The notes beneath the pieces are model-generated. The model saw only the letters and a list, made by a program, of their open reading frames with translations. It did not search any database and was not told the DNA's origin. Both the position numbers and the translations under genes were made by a program. Below are positions 57,425 to 64,000 of a stretch of DNA of 64,000 nucleotides, in pieces; the stretch's first letter is position 1, and every line of letters begins with the position of its first letter. The stretch is from the human T2T-CHM13v2.0 reference genome, Homo sapiens: the NCBI RefSeq assembly GCF_009914755.1, contig NC_060929.1, one strand, 5' to 3'.

Positions 57425-60400
57425 GTTCTGGGAATATGGCAGAGTAGGAAGCACTAGGAATCTATCTCTTTACCTAGACAATTGGATTGGCAGAATCTGG
57501 CTAATATATCTTTTTTTTTGTTTTGGAACTCTGATGTCTATTGAAGACTGGCAACTTCTAGGGGAAGGCTTAGACAGATAAATTGTGGTAAATTTTGTTC
57601 AAATTTAGATCTTAGCACAGTAGCAGCTACCTATCCCTCACCCCCTGCTGATGGCAGGCAGCTGTGCATATTCTCCTGCAGCAGCTTGCACAAAAGCTTG
57701 CTGGGGCCAGGGTAGACCCATATCACCCTGTACTACAAATATTGGGACTCTGTGCTCTGATCATTAATCAGGTGTACCTGATCACGAGGGGCAGAAAAAA
57801 AGCAAGTGGCATTTTATGTTACGCCTGACCCCACTGTTACAAACCTCTCTCCCTCTAACTGAAGTAAATTTCAGGTGATTTAAAGGGCTGGTATCCTTTA
57901 AAAAAAAAAAAAAAAAAAAAACTTTTATTTTTTTTCTTTTTCCCCTTGTGAAGTCCACGTATTAAAGCATAAAACATTCAAAAGGAATCACATATATGGA
58001 AAAAATTAGAAAGTACTCAAACTTGCATAGGAAAAGGTGTAAGTACATGGTCAAAGGAGACCTGAAAAGGCCTTAAATTTTCCCTTCAGACTGATCCTTA
58101 CTTATTTATATTTATTGATGTAGGTTTTCACGGGAAAAAATAAATAAATAAAACAAACAAAAACAATAAAAAAAATAACAAACCCTGGGGGAAAAAGGAA
58201 AGCCTCATTTTCAGAGTTATCATATTAGTAGATTGAAATATGCAGATTTTAAAAAAGTATAAGGCATACAAAAAACAGAAAAGTATTGCCTAGTCAAAGG
58301 AAAAAATATCAATAGAAATTATCCCTAAAAATACATGATGGCAGATCTACTAGTAGACGATAACGTTAAAGCAACTCTCTTAAAGATGCACAAAGAACTG
58401 ATGAAATACCTGCAGAGATGTATCAATAAATAGATAGAAAATCTGAAAATAAATCAGAAAGAAATTCTCAGGCTGAAAAGTACAATAAATAAATGAAAAT
58501 TTTACTAGAAAAATTCGAAAGTAGATTTAATTGGGCATAATCAAGAATAAGTGGACTCGAAATAGGACAATACAGGTTACAGAGACTGACAAATATTTAA
58601 AAAAAAAGATTAAAGAAAAATGAACAGAGTCTAAAAGACTTGTGGAACACTATTAGGCAAACTAAGATACATGTATTTTGGGAATCCCAAAAGAAGAAAA
58701 AGGAAAGCAGATACACAGAATGCCAGTAGCCCTTGGGGATCTTTTGGGTTCATTTTTAGATTACTGCATTAAAAGAACTATTGTAATAAAGCAAGTAACA
58801 GAAATCATTTGGTTTCATAGTACTTATAGGAGTTATAGTTAGATAATACTATGGTCTACTAAGTGTGAAATGGCATTACATCTACAATACAAAGTACATA
58901 CCTGAGCTAAAAAATAATTTATTGGTAAAAAAATACTAATGGTCATCTGAGCCTTCAGTCAGTTAATGGTGGAGGAATTTGCCTCAATGTTGATGTTTGT
59001 TGACTCATCAGAGTGGTGATCACTGAAAGTTGGGGTGGCTGTGGCAATTTCATAAAGTAGGACAATCATAACATTTTCTGCATTGATTAATTTTTCTTTT
59101 CATGAAATATTTCTTTGTGGTATGCTGTGTTTTTTCATAGCATTTTACTCTCAGTAGAACTTCTTTCAAATCTAGAACCACTCAAACTCTGCCACTCACT
59201 GCTTTATCAACTAAGTTTGTGTAATATTCTAAAATTTTTGTCGTCATTTTATCAATGTTCATGGCATCTTCACCAGGAGTAGATTTTCCCTCAAGAAAAC
59301 AATTTATATGGTCATCCATAAGAAGCCACACCTCATCTGTTCAAGTTTTATCATGAGATTGCATCAATTAAGTCATATCTTCAGGCTGCAGTTCTAATTC
59401 TACTTCTTTTGTTATTTCTACCACATTGGCCATTACGTCCTCCACTGAAGTCTTGAAGCCCTCAAGGTCATTCAGGGAGGTTCAAATCCACTTACTCAAA
59501 ATTCATATCAATATTTATATTTTGACCTATGCCCATGAATCATGATTGTTCTTAATGACATCTATAACAATGAATTGCTTCCAAAAAGTCTTAATTTTAA
59601 CTAAATCCATCAAAATAATTAGTCCTATGTCAGATATGCTGTTATAAGATGTACTTCCGAAATACAAATCCTTGAAAGTCAAAATTATTACTTGATTCAT
59701 GAACTACAGAATGGATGTTGTGTGAGTAGACATGAAGACAACACTAATCTCTTTGTATCTTGCTACCTGAGCTATGTAGATGGCTAGGTTCATTCTTAAT
59801 GTGCAGTGTTAGTATTATTTTGAAAGGAATCCTTTTTCTCTTAAAAGTAGGCCTGAACAGTGAGTTTTTGTTTTGTTTATTGTAGCCACCTTCATCAATG
59901 ATCTTAGCTAGATAGTCTGGATAACTTGCTGCAGCTTCTCCAACAGCATTTGCTGCTTCACCTTTCATTTTTATGCTATGGAGATGGTTTCTGTCCTTAA
60001 ATCTCATGAACTAACCTCTGCTAACTTCAAACTTTTTTTTTCTGCAGCTTCTTTACCTCATTCAATCTTCATAGAATTGAAGAGAGTTAGGGTCTTCCTC
60101 TGGATTAGGCTTTAGCTTAAGGGACCGTTTTGCCTGGTTTAATTTTTCTGTACAGACCATTCAAACATTCTCTATATTAGAAATAAGGCTGTTTCAACTT
60201 CTTATCATTTGTCTGTCACTGGAGTAGCATCCTTAATTTCTTTCAAGAACTTTTTCTTTGCATTCACAACCTGGCTAACTGTTTGGCACAAGAGGCCTGG
60301 CTTTCAACTTTTCTCAGCTTTCAACATACCATTCTCACTAATCTTAATCATTTCTAACTTTTGATTTCAAGTGAGAAACATACAACTCTTTCTTTCACTT

Positions 60401-61375
60401 GAACACTCAGAGGCCACTTTATGGTTATTAAGTAACCTAATTTCAATTTTGTTATGTGTTTCAGGGAATAGGGACATCAAAGAAGAGGAAACAAGATGGA
60501 GAAACAGCCAGATGGTGGAGCAGTTAGAACACATAAAATATTTGTTAATTAAATTTGCCATGTTATGTTGAAACAGTTTGTGGCACTCCAAAACAATTAC
60601 AATAGTAACAAGTATCAAGATCATGGATCATGATTACAGATACAATAATAATGAAAATATTTGAAATATTATGAGAATTAATAAAGTAATACACAGAGAT
60701 ATGATGCAAGCACATGCTGCTGGAAAAATGAAAAATGATTCCAATAAAAATATCTCAACAGAGGATTGTTGCAAACCCTCAATTTGTAAAACATGCACTA
60801 TCTAGAAAGCATAATAAAGAAAAGGACAATTCAATTAGGAATGCCTGTGTTCAATAAAATAATGCTGAAAACTTTCCAAATTTTATTAAAAACATGAACG
60901 TAAGCATCCAAAAAGCTCAATGATGTACATACAAGATGAACTGAAAGAGAAACACATGGAGACACATTATAATCAAACTTTCAAATGACAAAGACAAAAG
61001 AGAATTTTGAAGGTAGCAAGAGAAAAACAACACATTATGTACAGGAGAATTCAACAATATTATCAAAGATTTCTCCTTAGAAACTTTAACACCCAGGCAG
61101 CAGTGGGCTGATATATTCAAATTACTAGAATAAACAATAACAAAAACAATACAAAAACAACAACAGCAACAAAACTGTCAACCCAGAATTCTATCCAGCA
61201 AAGCTGTTCTACAAAATGGAGGGAGAAAAAAAGACATTCCTAGATAAACAACACCTTAAGGAGTCTGTGACCACTAAACTTGCCCTGTAAGAAATGCTCA
61301 TGGAAGTCCTTCATGTTGAAATAAAAGAGCACTAGACTGTGACTTGAAGCCATATGAAGAAACAAAGATAACAGC
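57425..61375 (+). mobile_element. Ancient L1M 5'UTR/ORF1 region, split by Tigger1
   Basis: gaaattctcaggctgaaaagtacaataa; gacacattataatcaaact...gaaggtagcaagagaaaa (ORF1-type motifs). Confidence 0.75.
58724..60848 (-). mobile_element. Tigger1 DNA transposon (near full length, with an internal deletion)
   Basis: ORF 59744-60007 [41 protein letters not shown] is pogo/Tigger transposase; terminal atgcctg at 60841-60847. Confidence 0.92.
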
Positions 61376-62423
61376 ATTATTATTTTCATATATGAGAAAA
61401 TGTTATATTGTTTTGGTTATTAATGTCCTCTCAATAGACAACTCTATTAACAAACATAAAATGAAATAAAAAATTCTGTCGTGGTCTCTCCAGACATTGA
61501 AATAAATACACAGTCTAGTTTTTGCTCTTCATGGAAATCTGAATTCACATGGCTAAGTATATGAAAGTCCAAAATGGGGTCCAGGCATGTCCATACCAGC
61601 TTGTTTTGTGAGAGATCATCAGATAAGTGGACAGGATAAAATAAAAAGTACTAGTTATCCTGCAACAGTGGACCACTAAGATGCTAGATATGTGGAACAA
61701 CTGTGGATTCACCTGGAAAATTAACTTGTGTAGAATTTCTTTACAACAACCCTCTGGGTTTCCTAGAAGCAATAAACGGAGGGAAATATATATTATTTAA
61801 TTTGTTTGGCTTAATAATAGGAAGCCTAATTTAAACTTGCTAAAACAATGAGAAAATTTATTCTCTCAAAGAACTAGAAATAGAACAAGTTTCTAAACTC
61901 ATTGAAGAGATGGTGATGAGGTCATCACAGTCATTGGTTTTATCTGTCTCTTGACTCTTCTATCCTCAAGATTGTCTTATTCTAAGACTAGTTGCCCTCA
62001 GGGTTACCAGGGGACTGCCACGAGCGATCAGTATTATAGGTTTATTCATATTTCTAAGGGCCCTTACTAAAGAGCAAGAAAGAACTCTCCCATAAGCTCT
62101 CAGCAGACTTCTCAAATCATATGATTGTGAATAAATCCCATGTCTATTTTCCAATCAATCACTGACAAGTGAAAAGATAAATACTATGATCGATTTAGAC
62201 TAAACAGCTAACTTAGTTTCTACTAAGTTATATAAACTGCACAGAAAGGGGTATATATTTAGAAAAAATTGGTTCATTTCTACTAAGAAAATGGAAGAAG
62301 GAATATGAAAGGTGGCTGGCCGAGCAACTATCAAAATCCAATGTTATAAGCTTTTTGATTATCCAAGAACTTATTTCATATTTATCTATCTACCTATATG
62401 TGGATGTGGAATAAGCACTTCAG

Positions 62424-62425
<2 letters not shown>

Positions 62426-62518
<93 letters not shown>

Positions 62519-62559
62519 ATATATATGTGTGTATATATACATATATGTGTGTATGTGTG

Positions 62560-62595
<36 letters not shown>

Positions 62596-62604
62596 TACAC
62601 ACAC
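62426..62604. repeat. Compound microsatellite (CT)n(AT)n(GT)n...(AT)n(AC)n
   Basis: Direct reading of the sequence. Confidence 0.95.
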
Positions 62605-62606
62605 AA

Positions 62607-62755
62607 TTGCTACCTGAGCTATGTAGATGGCTAGGTTCATTCCTAATGTGCAGTGTTAGTATTATTTTGAAAGGAATCCTTTTTTTCTTAAAAGTAGGTC
62701 TGAACAGTGGGTTTTTGTTTTGTTTTTTGTAGCCACCTTCATCAATGATCTTAGC
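62607..62755 (+). repeat. 149-bp direct copy of 59760-59908 (Tigger1 internal piece)
   Basis: ttgctacctgagctatgtagatgg...atcaatgatcttagc; 5 mismatches by hand count. Confidence 0.95.
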
Positions 62756-64000
62756 AATATAGCATGATCACAAAATATATAGCATGTATATATTTTAATA
62801 TATACATATATACACACAGTTTGGAAACATAATTCTTATATAATTATATATATACGCATATATTCACATGCATACAGTTTGGCAATATAATTCTTTTAAA
62901 ACTAGTTGTCTAGTCTACTTGTTTTCAATCAAGTCTATAACTAAAAATACACAATCAGAGATTGTTTAGGGCTATGAATATGGAAGGTTCTGGTTTATCA
63001 TGACAATTGCTATGCTCTGTTTGGGTCATGAGACCTTAATTTAATACCTTGCTTTTCTCTTGGTCTCACCTACCAGGTGATTTTACCATTTGCCTCTGGC
63101 AGAAACACACTTGGTTTTTAGAGAGCTGTATTCTGGTTGTCCCTTTTTTTTCAGTTACATAACACTTTACAGGAGGTACTTGAGAGAGGTTTGTGGATTA
63201 GTACTTTTTTTGTTGTTTCAATCTTATTTTACTCCAATTCCTAAACTTTTGTATGGCTCTTGAAAGCTTTTCTGAATCCTCCTAGCTCCTGGTGACTACA
63301 CTTTAAATTTGCTTTACTATAATCCATAGGTAAAGACAGCTTATCTTAAGAGAAACATATTTTTTCTCTCAGATTTCAAATGAGACATACGCAGATCAAA
63401 GTTTTCTTCACATTTAAAAATGTTATATAATGCCATAGAAAGGATTCAAATTGGTCTAATGTTTTATTTTCTCTGCTACGATTCCTGATGATTCAGCCAT
63501 TGTCAGAAGTTGATATATCTCAATGTAAAACAACAAAAAAAATTATAGAATACTAGTATTCCTAAATTCCTATGACAGAAAAAGGGGAACCTTATTGTCT
63601 GACATCAATTTTACTCAAGTAATTTTATATCCTAGAATGTTATTTTCAGCTTTCCATTTCTGATACAAACATCTGACTTATTAGGATGGTGCCTCAAGAA
63701 ACCCTGGCTCAAATAGCTTAAACATGGTGGTGGTGGCTTTGTAAAAGTGTAGGGAAAGTCTAGGAGAAAGGCTGTCTTCTCGATTGTCAATTCAGTAGTT
63801 CGTTAACATTACAAAGGGTCAGGTGTCTCTAACTCCAAGCTCTGCTGGCCACAGCACTGTCATTATCCTAAAATTAGCTCTATACGGAGCTGTAGAGTTA
63901 CTGCTAAAAATAATTTGGATTACTTGCTTTCTTCTTCACATTAATGGTAGAACAAGAAATGTACCTGCAAAGCATTGCTGAATACAGAGGAAGAAATTTT

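Noticed and set aside
59744-60007. Transposase-like ORF as a domesticated TIGD-type gene
   Set aside because: A short piece of a degraded Tigger1, broken by an internal deletion and stops.
62312-62732. Cluster of five overlapping ORFs
   Set aside because: Translations of the compound microsatellite.

Overview
AT-rich, CpG-poor primate genomic DNA, almost certainly human because it carries an AluYb-lineage insertion at 16379. It is intergenic or intronic in character and largely covered by nested repeats: L1PA/L1M, Alu, MaLR and ERVL LTRs, Tigger1, MER58 and microsatellites. I can support no intact protein-coding gene, RNA gene or CRISPR array, and nearly all listed ORFs come from repeats or microsatellites. 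One old processed COX6A1 pseudogene (about 26116-26610) is missing from the ORF track, and a few unique segments look like possible + strand non-coding exons. The most unusual signal is a set of locally templated copies. These are a 0.95-kb inverted duplication (16761-17716 vs 20427-21372), a 69-bp third copy of part of it, a 149-bp Tigger1 piece copied next to a microsatellite 2.8 kb away, a chimeric Alu sharing rare variants with an Alu 8 kb upstream, and several fold-back scars. I read these as fossil DNA-repair or template-switch events, not as a new gene system. Repeat subfamily names were recognised by eye, and boundaries without a stated target-site duplication (TSD) are approximate.
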